Origin: Ptychomitrium polyphyllum
Taxonomy: Eukaryota
Assembly (NCBI GenBank): GCA_973851085.1
Contig: OZ316776.1
Span: forward strand, 1,922,001-1,986,000
Direction: 5' to 3'
DNA: 64,000 nucleotides
Shown here: piece by piece, positions 13,821 to 27,494 of the stretch
Layout of the letters: the number at the start of each line of letters is the position of its first letter
How positions within the stretch are numbered: position 1 is the stretch's first letter
Notes under the pieces: generated by a model
Databases searched by the model: none
What the model was told of the DNA's origin: nothing
Seen by the model: the letters and a program-made list of their open reading frames with translations, nothing else
Program-made: the position numbers and the translations under genes

Positions 13821-15856
13821 CCCTTGAAGTAGATATAATTTGTGTCCGTGCTTGGAACAAATTGTTAACTGGTTCAATGGAAAGTTCATATATAGGTTAT
13901 ATGTTGTTGAGGAAGCAGCTGGTCTAGAGTAAACTGCCAAACCTATTCAACATATATTACAATATGAGATTAGCTGCCATATTAGGTATTTAATATCATA
14001 TTTACAGCAACATGGGCAAACAGAAGCAGAGAAAGTGGGTTTTCAGTGCATCCCATCCTGGAATACAATAAATTCCTTGGAGGGACCACAGGTCTTAGCT
14101 TGGGAAGAAGGTGAGAGGCATACCATAATACAGCCAAACACTTTGATAGGTACTGGTGCATCAATTCCAAGAGAACAACGCCAACCTTGCACAAAGATTT
14201 CTATGAAGCAGAGCAATTTGAAAACGGAAAGTATCAGCACCAGCCGACGTATTTGTGAGGTTCATGTGGAAATCAAGTGGCTCACTGCCTTACATCATTC
14301 ATCCACATATGCAGATCCAGGTGTTCCCAAACTAGCTAGCCTGGACATGGACAAAGTCAAATTGCGGTATCTTGCATGGCAAGTTGATAAGTTGAAACTC
14401 TGAGTCTTCAATAGACTTATACCTAAAAATTGGATCATGCTGCAAGTATTGACATTCTTTAGCAAACATACTAGCAAAGCTTGATATAAGGTTTGTACTC
14501 CAAGATTCTTGAGTTGAAAGATCTATGTATTGTTCATCAAGTGTCCAAATAATGCAATTTAAATGTGTATTGGAATATTTTCCCTTGGAAAAATCAAAAT
14601 ATGGTTTAACACACTCAATTGACTTCAGGTCATAACAATGGGTGTACTTATCATAAAGGACATCCATCCTAGTTGCTAACAATGTTAAGTCTGCATTTTG
14701 AACCATCCAACAATTACACTTCATTTTCCTCTTGCTTTTCTAAAGACATGATTCAAAACAAGTATGGCAAGTCAAACTTTGTAACAGGGTTTCATGAATT
14801 TATAAAAATACTTGTATAAATTAAACATGACAATTGCTATGTTTGTTTCTCATTTCATATGCCACAACAAAAAAAAATTCAATGATCTTATGTTGGTCTA
14901 TTAAAATGGAATCCTTTGACATCTAAATAAGATGCATGCTTTAAAAGTGTATTTCCATGCGTTAAAATGGTAATTAATAATATGTTATTGCCAATATATA
15001 ACTACTTATTTTTGGCATTGTCTAAAATAACTTAACTACATAGTTTATACCAATTATTTCCAATTTTGTGAATTATAGCCAAAAAGAAATTCACAATAAT
15101 TTTGAAACTTGAACAGAGTATAAATTATAGGAATTCAAAATTTTCACAATTATTTCACAATAATCATGGTATCACAAATATAATATAGCAGCTCTAACTC
15201 TTTTCAAACTAAAATAAATAATAATACTAATTTGATATATGATTTTTTAAATTTTAATATAACATTATTGTAATACAATACTATATTATATTCTCGAATC
15301 TCAATTATAATTATTTACAAAATTTAATGTAAATATTGGAGCAAGCTCTCAAAATAATTTTAAATCTCATAATAACGACAACAATATATTATAACTTTTT
15401 GTCAATGCCCAAAGCTTGTACAAAACAACATGATGCCCATTAAAGACAAATACAATATTGACGACGGACTATTTTGAAATTCTATCTCCTAAATCTGTGA
15501 ATAGTCACATCTTATAAATAAATATACAAGTTCTACAAATTATTGCAAGATATCAATGTTTTCAATTTGTTTCTTCTCAAGAATGGTTTTATGTGATAAT
15601 AGTAATAAGGTGTTACATTTTTTTAATGTTTTTTGGTTGTTGTATGCCAAAATTGAATTTAGACCATAAAAATTACTTCTAATACATTTGCATCAAGTTT
15701 GAAATGTGAATCATGGATTTTAGTATTTGTTTCAATTTCAATTTGAAGTGAACCTCTCTACAAGCATCAACGTTTATATCTACCTAAATCGACAGACTTT
15801 GTTTGAATTGTATTCATTAATCAATGAACCCAACACCTCATAAAGTCACATACCCC

Positions 15857-15945
15857 TGCCACATCACTTGCTTGCCATGTCATTTTCCTGCCACGTCACT
15901 TGCTTGCCATGTCATTTGCCTGCCACATCATCTATCTATCATGTC
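15857..15945. repeat. Tandem array of 16-bp TGCCACGTCA-type units with a 32-bp higher-order period
   Basis: tgccacatcacttgct / tgccatgtcattttcc / tgccacgtcacttgct / tgccatgtcatttgcc / tgccacatcatctatc. Confidence 0.85.
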
Positions 15946-18900
15946 ACACCCTATTTCCCACCTGATACACACATTGACTAATTTAGTTACATAAAGTTTT
16001 GCAGCACAGGCTGTGGCTGCAGAGTGAGGATGGCAAGGATAGAACACAATCAATGAGTGCCATCCGATTTCTGCTTTACAGCTTCTTTTCCATGGTCAAC
16101 TTGGAAGCCCATCAAAATTTTGAAGTGTAACCAAGTATTACTTGAGTCTTGTTAGGTGTGATAAACATGGTGACTAATAGCAACCATAAGCGTCATCCTC
16201 CAGTATCCATTGCATCAACTTTGGAATAATGCTTTATTTTTCTGTTAAACAAAGAAGAGTCCAAGTCTCTTTTCAAAGGCCTGATTTCATTAAAATTTGT
16301 CATAGTATCTTAAATATGGTTGATGTCATTCTTTAGTATTTTGTCATCTAATATATTTTTTGGAAGCACGTTGGTAAATGAAAATTTGAAAACGTCTTAA
16401 TTTTGAGTAGTTTATAGTAGTTACAAATTAATGGAAGTTTATTATGGTTCCTATATTGTTTTCCAATTTTGAATTTTTCTATCATACTTTAAAAAATGAT
16501 ACACAAGCTCTAATTGTAATAAGAAAGTTTTAGTATTTTGTTGTACTATACATCTTTGGAAATTTTTTAATTTCGTATGAGAATATTTTTTCTTCTATTT
16601 TGTTTTTAAAACGGCAATATAATCATATCTTGACTAAACAATTTTATAAATAATTAAAAATATATAAATACTATATGGTTCTTTTTTATAAAATATCTAA
16701 ACGATATTATATATCAACAACAATAACCAAATATATGATTTAGAGCAAAATATACTTCTGTGGATATGGGCCATGACTAATCATAAATCAAGAACAAAGA
16801 AGAGCAAGTAATTTCCTTCCTCCTTTAAAGCCAGCATAAGCCAACATAAGTCTTTTAATAATATTATAATTTAGAATATTTAAGAAACTACATAATTTTT
16901 AAATCATAAATTTATTCTGGTTAAATTCTTTAATTAAACAATAAATTGTGGCTTGTATGTTAAGGTGCAAAAGACATGATATCAAAAAATCAATTTGTAA
17001 ACAATCTTCAATTTTGAATTGGATTTACTCTGGTATAGATTATAAAAAATTCTAAAAGTCAAAACTTGGAAGAAAATTCATTCATAGCTTAAATATTTTA
17101 AAAAAAAAACATAAACATGGTGTTGACGTTATTTGAACCATATTATTTTTTTTACACCTTAAAATAAACTATGATCATTATGGCTAAGATTTTTGAAAAT
17201 TAACTTTTGCAATTTAGAATTTTTAAGTGCTTTTTCAAAGAAACACTTCAATATATTATAATGTAGTTTTGGATTTAAATTTCTTTCTTTCTAACTATAT
17301 AAAAAAGTCTAAGAATATGTTTTTTTTATTATACATTATTTTCCTCCAATACAATATATTCATTAGATCATTGATAATGAGCTTATTGATATAGAAAATA
17401 TTGCACTTATATTATTTAATAAGCATATGTTGAATATTTTTTAATTGAAAAAAAAATGTGTATTTTATGTAATTAAAATTTTACTTTATATATTTATTAT
17501 TTTTAATAAATTGTGCAAAGTCAAGTTACTAAGATATAAACCTTTCAGTTAATAAAATATTATGTATACTATTATACATTGTACTTTGTATTTGAAACAC
17601 CTTTAACTCTACATATTATACTTATCTAAGATATAACCATTATATGCTTACTTGAAATATAATTGGTTTTAAAGTATTTCGAATATTACAAAAGATTTTT
17701 ATAACAAAGAAGTTAAAAACATGCACAAGAAAAAGAAACATTTATAAAAAGCTTCATAGTATAAATCATCACTTAACTTTGAAATAATCATTGGAATATA
17801 TTGTGCAATGAATATATACAATAGTGATGTATATGTTTGATATGGTTGGAATGTCTTTCAATTTTATAAATCTTTGCTTTCAAATGTAGCTTTACATAAA
17901 AAAAATATCATAGAATAAACTTTTAAGCATAAATTAAAAGAAAATCTAAATCAACATGATTTTTTTAACAAGGCATGCATTTTGCTATTTAAAAGAAGGA
18001 TACAAGTTATCATACATACCTCACATTTTAGACAATATAGTATATTGTTTAAAAACATTAAATCCTATATATATATAAAAATTGATTGACAACCTACCAT
18101 ACTTGAAAGTATTATATATTGTAAAATATACATGTTTATAGATCTACATGATAAATGCATTCGAAATTGTGCATGTTAGGAAATAAATCTTATTCAATAT
18201 AATATTTATGCACAATGAATTCCACACATTTTATGTATATATTAGTACACCTTGTATATGTTTTAAATTTTTAGTTATAATACACATTTTAAACCTTTTA
18301 TTTTAAAATGTATCAAATATCCTTTATACCAATAAGATCCTTCAACAAAATTTTTTTTTTTTTACAATTCAACATATAACCTATATCAAGTCAATTGAAC
18401 AATATTAATTGATGAAATTGTTTCAAAAATTTATTTTTATTATTTTCAAATTGAAATATCAGCATGTCATTACAATTACACCTATAGAATCTTCCTATTA
18501 AACTATCACCATATGCATATTAAACAATCTTCAATAATAACATCCTTGGTGAAAGTTAAAAAAAAATTAATTTGTAAGAAACAAACTTAAATGTTTTGAA
18601 TCATTGGTTTAATAATTTTTGGAGTTAATATTATATTATGATCTCATTCAATAATGACTTTGGTATAATTAGTATATGAACTTCATTAAATTTATAAATG
18701 TAGAAGTATGTGAAACTTTGACCAAATTTATTTTGAAGAATATTAGTGAATTGAAATTGATTTACATTTATTTAAAACCACATTGGACTTCAAGATTGTG
18801 AAATATGAAGATAGTATTGAATAACAATTATGTTAATATATACACCTTTGAATTCTAAAAAATAAAAATTGTAGAAAAAATCATATTAATTATATGAAAA

Positions 18901-21900
18901 AGAAAAAAAATTGAGTTTTTAATTTATGAAATTTACAACTTTGTTGTCAAATTTAATTTGGTATTATCAAATTAATAATTTTTTTTTCAAAAGTCAATCA
19001 AATTAAAAGTCTTTTTACTCCACCTTCTAAAAGGTCACAAGAAATATATTCTTGTTTGAAGCAAAAATTGGTTTTACCAAATGTCTTCAATAACCATCCT
19101 TGTTATCAACATATCTTTCAAAAAAAATAAAAATACCAATTTTTTTGAATTGCTATGAAAGGTCTTAAATTTTTTTATAAGCATGACATTTTTTAGATAG
19201 AATGTATTTTAGAAGCATTTTAGATTGTTGCATATATTTTGAAATATTTTAGAATCACCCATAGATTATATGCAATATGTTAATTGTTAGGATGGAAGAT
19301 ACTACAAGACTATGAATGTTTTTTTAAACAAAACTTGTATTGTGCAATTTAAGAAGTTTGTTTAATAAGGCAACTTCTAGGATTGATGTGGAAAAGCTTT
19401 AAATACATTTTTATAAGAGCATATCCAACAAACACAACAAATTGTAATTCTATTTATTAATTTTGTATCACATGGAATCAATAATTAAAAAGATATGACA
19501 TTGAAAGCACAGTAAAAGATCACACAAGATAGGAAGAACATATTTTAAATAAAATATTGAAAGACAAAACTATATTTCTTACAAGCAAACTAGTATACAA
19601 AGTTTGAAGAAAATCATATCTTTTGTGAATGATTTGATGAATCACTTGGCTTCAACTACAAAAACTTGATGATGTTCCTCAAATTTCACATATTAATATG
19701 CTTGCTAGGAAAATAGTTTTATCATCTAATGTTAAAATCTAATCTAGAGACTTTAAAATCTTCTGAGAACGGCAGTATTTTCAAATACTAGTTGAATGTG
19801 AATAGAAAGATCATTTAACAATTTTGTGTGTGCGTTGGAGATTGTGTAACTCTTACAGTGGGTGGAAATCTTGAAATAGTTCAATTCAGTGAATAACTCT
19901 TATCTGGAAACCTAATTTTCTAATCTGAGTGCTGGTTAACTGGAGATATTGAGTTACATGAACATGATGTGAATAAGTAAAAGCATACTTCTGGACTGAA
20001 AATCTACAACTTAAAATTTGGCTATCATCGGAAATAGGTGTCTGCCACGGTGATGCAGTATTGTTATATAAAATGATTCGATAAGTTTCTTTAAATAGGA
20101 AGAAAATTTTGAAGATGCTTTTCGTTGAAAATTCCTCACAATCATTCCACTAATGCCCACAATTTTCTATACACAACTGAACAAGAATTTTCCATCGTGG
20201 TCTTGGCAGATTGATCCCTTCTTACAATAGCCTCTTCACTAAACATTCTAAACTAATATATTCAATACTGAAATACACACACTTAATACTCTCTTTTAGG
20301 AATTTCTAGAATTGGACAGGTAGATAATGAGTCTGCTCACAATGGCTGGCTGTGATAGTTTTTAATTTCAAAGAAAAGCTTTGAAACGGCAGTGACTTTC
20401 ATGATGAGTTGAGTTTAAGAGTATGCCTCTGCCATCCCACCAACTTAGGTCAGATGAGAGCCTTTCTCACTCAAATTATGGTGAAAGCTTTTACCTTTCC
20501 TTCAGAAAGATCTATTTTGTGTAATGCAAAGAGGCCCAGCAAACCAATTTGATAAATGCAGGTGGGCATCACTCAGCAGTGATGCGACAAGGGAAAAGAG
20601 TGCACACAGGGATGGCTGGTCCATTCAATGTGTGCAAATGATGGATGTGTCGTGCTGATACACAGCATTGTGTGCTGAGGGCCAAGTTCTAATTAGCAGT
20701 CTGGCCTCTAGAAACGTACATGCTCAGGGCACCCAACAATCTCATGCACACTGGCCCCAGGGTGAGTACAGTTTCATCCTCTTGCAATGAGATGAAGATG
20801 CCAAAATTGAAAGTAAATTGTAAAGGTTCAAGAAAAGCAATCTTTAGTGAGAAGAAAAATCCAATTGTCCATGAAATCAACAACTGATAATCATTGATAA
20901 ACTGTATTTTTGTGTTGTCATGTGCAGTATGTTTTGTTATCACCTTATTTGATGAACTTGATGGCTCTTGGGAAAGTTGGTCTTGAGACTGCAAGATACT
21001 GTAGTTGGTTGAGTAGAAACTGTACCTATCAAATTATACAATCAGTGTGAAGATGTACAAAGTAGTTTGGACTCCATTTTGGCTGCACAAATTTCAAATT
21101 TGGGACCCTAGGGTCTTAAGAGTTTATGTTGTGTAGGATTCTTCAGCATAAATTGTTGAAGACTTCACACCTACATGAAAAATAATACTCATTGTACATG
21201 TGCAGGAAAATGAGCATATGAAAATTTATGTAATGATACTAAAGACTTTATATTTGAACAATGTAATGTCGTTTAACCATACTTTAATGTCATGTGGTTA
21301 TTCAGACTAGATGTCCAAAGGTTAAAATCTCCATTTTTACTTCCTTTTTCTTTCTTTCGTTTCTCTTTTCTAACATGAGAAATATTTCTAATGCAAAATT
21401 ACATAACAAAAGAAGATCCAAATAAGTGGGATACTAAAATTTATGTATGTATGTAAGTAAAAGCACAAGATTAGATCTTAATTAAAGTTACAAATTTGTA
21501 GAGTACCACAACTGGATGCTTAACATGAGTTCTCATTTTACTTTACCTTTATTTCACCTTTTAAGTTATCAGTAAAACAAAAATCTTTTACTTTGTAAGT
21601 ATCATTCATAAATGGATAAAGGAAAAATCATACAAATAATTCATCAACAATTAAAAGAATTCTATCCATCTCCGAGGGCCATTGCAAGATTTCTCACCAC
21701 TTCAGTGTTTTATCCCACAGCAAAACATCCACTGTTCACTAACCACGTCCGGAGCTGACGGTGAAGGACCTGAACCCAGAACCAGGGCGCCACGAGCCAG
21801 GGAATGATGTTGCAGAAGCTCACAAGAGCAGGAACATCCGCACACTGAGAGACAACAGGAGCCGCCCTTGCACATCCCACCAACCCAGGCCCCCCCTGTA

Positions 21901-22641
21901 CACCCCCTACGCACCACACTCCACTAAAACCCCCACCGGACCCCGCTGCGGGGGTCCCCAGGCGCATCTAACTGGTAACTTCCGTGGTAACTAAGGCCTC
22001 CTGCTACTGGGACAGCGGTAAAAAGCTGGTGGGCAAGGCAAGGCCCGCGGGCGTGGGCCGGCCGACCCGGGCTTCGCGGCGCGGGTGTGATTTGGGCCTC
22101 TCAAACTTATGAGCAGCCCAGCCTTCCCTTTAGAATGCTAGTATGCTAGGAAGTCCATGTGTTCTCTAGTATTGTTATACTTCGTTAAGCTCTCTTTCGC
22201 GTTCAACACTCGCGCTGCCTTTCTGCGCTCTCTATTGCGACCATCTACTGGCCCAACTTGAGTTGTTTCCGCAACGTGCGAGAAGGATTTCACGTGCAAG
22301 GTTGCGGCTTTTCATTTAGCGTCAGTGTGGTGTCTAGGTTCTTGGACGCTGCAGTCGATATCTAGATTGCGAGGTGCGGTTTTGGTTGGGTGGATTGGGG
22401 AGGATTTCGGGGCGGGCGAGGAGGTGGGGAGAGAGTTGAGGTGAGGTGGTGTGGTTCGTGTGTGGGAGGAGAATTGGGGGAGCGGTTGGGAGAGAGAGGT
22501 GCGGGGTGGGAGGTGGGAGAGGAAGCGGTACCCAGTTGGGGGTGGTGAGAGGAGGACATTGAGGAGGTGCTGTATGTCTGATAGCGGAGCAGGACTGGGG
22601 AAGGAGAAGGTAGGAGGAGGGGCGCTCTCTAAACCCTGTCA

Positions 22642-25600
22642 ATGGCCCCACGTGCGGGCGCGCAGACGCTTTGCTGCAACGCGCCCGCCACTTCTGATTT
22701 GGAGACACTACAAGAATCGCCACCCGGAGTTGCTGGGGGAGCGGGAGCCGGAGCAGGAGCGGGAGCGAATATGGGGGATGATTGGCCGGAGAGGAGGAGG
22801 AGTAACAGCAGCGGCGGTGGTGGCGGGAGCGTCGGGTCGTTGGAGCCTGCGCCTGCGTCCGGAGAGGTAGACTTGCTGGGAGATAATCGTGCCCATGTCG
22901 ACCATCTGCACAAGGGCTCCCCTTTCGGATCTCTGGATTCGGCGTCAGCTGTGGCCAGCACTGTGAAAGGTGGTGCGAGATCTCCACCCTCTTGTAGATT
23001 TTTCTTCTTTTTCTTCCATCTTTCGCCTGTTGTCCAATTCTCTCGGACTCGGTGGAGGTTTTACGGGTGGCCTTGTGCAACGGATTTGAATATTATTACG
23101 TCGATGCTTTTCTTGCTTTGGAGGTGCCGAGGAGAGGAGCATCTTGGTTGTTGCTACTATCTCCTCGTCTGCATGCGTTTAGTGGTAGTTATAAACCAAG
23201 ATCAGAATTCAGGTTTTCTTGTCCAATTACGTGAACTAACTTTTTTCTCGGTTGCTTCTCTGGCGTGAGTTTCTTAGATTGTCAGGCCGTTTTAATCGTA
23301 ATTCTCTCACAAACCCTTTGTGAGCTTCTTGTTTCTAGAATCTTTTGTGAAAAGGTTCGGAACATTTTTCTGAGATGCGGACTCGAAGCGTCTCACCAGC
23401 GAGTAGATCCGTGTATCTTATTTCTGTTGCATGTACAGGACCAGGAGTACTGGTTCTTCGCTCGCAGTCAGCGCATCCCCTGGATCCGCTGGGCCCGACA
23501 GAGATTGCCGTCGCCATAGCCACGGTGAGAGCGGCCGGTGCTACTCCAGAGGTATGCCCTCCGCCGCTTCCAAGCTTCCATACATGTAGCTCCGAAGACA
23601 CCTTTTCTTCTTGTGATTGTGTTTGCAGCTTCTCGTCCTTGCTACAATGCAATGCCGCATCTGAAAATTCGCCAATGTATGCACACGGGGGTAATCTTGC
23701 TGAAAACGAGGTTTACTGCGCGTTTTTGGATTTGAGACGAACATTGAGCGATCTTGTTGCTCACTGTGCACCTGGGTTTCAATCACATAGTTGCCAAAAC
23801 CAGGAGTTGCCTTGTGACACGATTTTTGATTTTATTCTTCTGCTTGGAGTCGCCATGCTAAGGACTTTTTGGTGGAGCATAGCTTTTTGGGTGCAAATAG
23901 AGGGTAAGTAAGTGGACATGTGGTAATGCAGGTGCGCGATGGAATGCGCTTTGTGGAGGTTGTACTGAACGAGCCAGATAAGAACGTAGTCGCCCTTGCA
24001 GATGCATACTTCTTCCCTCCGTACCAGCCCACTCTCTATCGTCCGAAAGCCAAAGGAGGCGCAATCTACCCTCTCCAGTTGCCCCCCCGGCAGGCTAGAC
24101 TGGTAGTGTACAACAAGAGGACTAACGAGACGAGCATATGGATGGTGGAGCTCAGCGAAGTGCATGCTACTGCACGCGGTGGCCATCATCGCGGGAAGGT
24201 GCTCTCGTCTGTTGTGGTCCCAGACGTCCAGCCTCCCATGGTAAGCCCCACATGACTAGCCCAAACCCTCCTATGCTAGCCAACTCTTCTCGATCACGAC
24301 GGGTTCCAGTATCAGGAGCACGTTGGGAATTTAAGGTTTCATTCTCTGATTGTTTTTTCTTGTTGCAAAGGGTGATGCTGATTGTTGGGTGTGGAGACCA
24401 GGATGCCATGGAATATGCGGAATGTGAGGCTGTGGTGAAGGAATACCCTCCATTCGTGGAAGCCATGAAGAAGCGCGGCATCGAAGATATGGACCTTGTC
24501 ATGGTGGACCCTTGGTACGTGCCCTTGGTCATGGTAGACTGGCGACTCTGCTTCAGTTTGTGGAGGTTTCAGTCTGTCTAACGTTAGATTGATGGCTTCG
24601 ACAGGTGTGTGGGTTATTATGGGGAAGCGGATTCTCCGAGTCGGCGACTTGGCAGACCGTTAGTGTTTTGTCGAACTGAGAGTGACTGTCCTCTGGAGAA
24701 TGGTTATGCGCGGCCTGTGGAGGGGATTCATGTATTAGTGGATATGCGACAAATGCAGGTCTGTTTTTCTTCTATTTTAAGATCAGTAGACGACGTCTAG
24801 TTTCTCTGATGACTTGCGTCACTTCTTCCGTATTCTAATGGTTCTGACTTGACTTGCGAGGGTTTTAGAATGATTGCAAGGTTATCATTGTTTCTAAAGT
24901 TGGCTGGAGGAATGTTACGGGGTAGTGTGATGGCGATTTTCTAATCGTGGTTCCTTGGACGGATGTCTTGTTTAGGTCATTGAATTTGAGGACCGTAATT
25001 TTGTTCCATTGCCTCCTCCGGATCCCTTGAGGAACTATACCACCGCAGCTTCTCGTGGAGGAGTCGACCGGACTGACATTAAGCCCTTGCTGATCACGCA
25101 GCCAGAGGGACCTAGTTTCCGAGTGAATGGTCACGCTGTTGAGTGGCAAAAGGTTGTTCACGCTCTGCATGTGGACTTCAAGCTGTCCTTTCATCGTTAC
25201 CCAAGTTGTTCAGTAAAATTGCACGATTACTACCGTATGCAATTGTTTGTTTTAGTTCGAGAGCTTAGCGCTTTCGGTCTGACGTTTTCTTATGGTTTGT
25301 GTGAGCAGTGGAACTTTCGTGTGGGCTTTACACCTCGAGAAGGATTAGTCATCCATACAGTCGCTTATGATGATGGCAGCCGAGGCAGGCGCTCTGTGGC
25401 ACATCGTTTAAGCTTTGTGGAAATGGTTGTCCCGTATGGAGATCCGCATGATCCGCATTACCGAAAGAATGCTTTTGACGCAGGAGAAGATGGTCTGGGC
25501 AGGAATGCTCACTCTCTTAAGCGGGTGAGTGGTTGCCAGATTCTTTCACTTATTGCGTTCGGAACTAAGGGTGTTATGTCAAGTTTAGATCGATGGCAAC

Positions 25601-27494
25601 AATATGAACGAGGTTGGATTTTATCTAATGCTGGCCAGTCATTTGAGTTTCTCTTGTCCTGACTTGTGGTCTGTGCAGGGTTGTGACTGTCTCGGGCACA
25701 TTAAGTACTTCGATGCGCATTTCACAAATTTTCTTGGAGGTGTAGAAACAATAGAGAATTGTGTTTGCATGCACGAGGAGGACCATGGCATATTGTGGAA
25801 ACATCAAGACTGGCGAACTGGTATGACTGAAGTGCGTCGGTCACGTCGACTCACAGTCTCCTTTTTCTGCACCGTAGCCAATTACGAGTATGGTTTCTTC
25901 TGGCATTTCTATCAGGTATTTTTTTGATCACTTTTAATCCTGTTTACAGCACCCTAGGTTTATGCACCAATTCAGAATTGGTTGTTTGAGCTTCATGCAC
26001 TGATTGAACTTTGGCTGCTTGATGGGGGTCAGGATGGACACATTGAGGCAGAGGTGAAACTCACTGGTATTTTGAGTTTAGGGGCATTGAAGGCCGATGA
26101 GAATCGTAGACAGGGAACTGTAATTGCGCCTGGGTTATATGCCCCTGTCCACCAGCACTTCTTTGTTGCACGGCTCGACATGGCAGTTGACTGTAATCCT
26201 GGTGAAGGACTGAACCAGGTACGTAACTCGACTTATTTAAAGTGATGGACTTGCTATTCAGCATTGTAACTTATATTTATCGAAGGTGATTCCGATATTA
26301 ATCAGGTGCTGCAATCAATCTGATGAAGCGTTCCTTACACAGGTTGTAGAAGTAAATATGAAAGTTGAAGAACCAGGACCCGATAATCCACACAACAACG
26401 CCTTCTATGCAGAAGAAACTCTTCTGCGCTCAGAGCTCCAGGCCCAGCGTGACTGCAATGCACTGTCTCATCGTCATTGGATAGTAAGATCTTGCCTGTA
26501 CTTCGTGACTGTTCTAAATTTGTTTCTCTTAAATACAGCAAATTTCTCTAGCTACGTCTTATGTTCATCCAGTTACAATGATTCTTCTTTCTAGGAAGAT
26601 TTTTGGATGATTTTTTAATGGATGTGTCGGAATGCAGACTAACATGCCTTCTTTTGCAGGTACGAAATACTAGGACATTTAACCGAACTGGGCAGTTGAC
26701 GGGCTATAAGCTCATGCCAGGCCGCAATTGTCTTCCTCTAGCGGGTCCTGATGCGAAGTTTTTACGACGAGCTGCATTTCTAAATCATAATTTATGGGTC
26801 ACGGAGTATAAACGTGATGAATGCTTCCCGGGGGGGGAGTTCCCAAACCAAAATCCTCGAGTTGGTGAAGGACTTCCAACTTGGGCGAAGCAGGATCGCA
26901 AGCTGGAGGAGACCGATATTGTACTTTGGTAATGTTTTGATTTTTATTCTAGAGGTAGTAAGGCTATGAAGTTGTTATAGTAAACAGTGCAATCTATTAT
27001 AATATGGGTATATATTAGGGGTGACAGTTTTGTAAACCACAGTCCACTAGATTCTCTTGAATTGAATCCAAAGAGAACTTGCTCTGTTCATGTCTGCAGG
27101 TATGTATTTGGTGTAACTCACGTGCCTCGTCTTGAAGACTGGCCTGTAATGCCAGTGGAGCACGTCGGGTTCAACCTGCTGGTAAGACCTACTGTTTGTA
27201 TAAAGTCATCTAGAGCAAATTTGGCATTGAAATCCCGTCAGTTTCTAGCTATATGTGGTTATCTTATGCTTTGTAAGCTCCAAGTATCTGTGCAGTCTTA
27301 TAACAATTCAAATTTTTTAAGAAATTGATATGATACCGGTATTCGTGCAGCCTCATGGATTTTTCAACTGCTCGCCGGCTGTTGATGTTCCTCCAAGTGA
27401 AGCAGCCGTTGAGGAAGTGGGCATAAAGGAAGCACCCGCCAAAGGCGTGGGACCAACAGATTCCCTACAACCGACGCTTATTTCGAAGTTATAG
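22642..27494 (+). CDS. Copper amine oxidase, peroxisomal (CuAO-zeta-like clade); multi-exon
   Basis: ATG at 22642 (MAPRAGAQ). Motifs [33 protein letters not shown] site TVANYEY (~25870), Cu ligands HQH (~26150) and [13 protein letters not shown]. Last exon [15 protein letters not shown]...TLISKL* with TAG at 27492-27494 (PTS1). Confidence 0.95.

Larger units (their letters stand above)
6504..21975 (+). mobile_element. AT-rich gene-free tract; candidate non-autonomous or decayed Helitron
   Basis: GC hairpin ggaccccgctgcgggggtcc (21938-21957), then 14 nt, then CTGG|T (CTRR followed by T). Candidate 5' A|TC at 6503/6504 where the sequence turns AT-rich. No Rep/helicase ORF seen; the 5' end is weakly supported. 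Confidence 0.4.

Noticed and set aside
15857..15945. CRISPR-like array
   Set aside because: Eukaryotic context, 16-bp period, no unique spacers and no cas genes.
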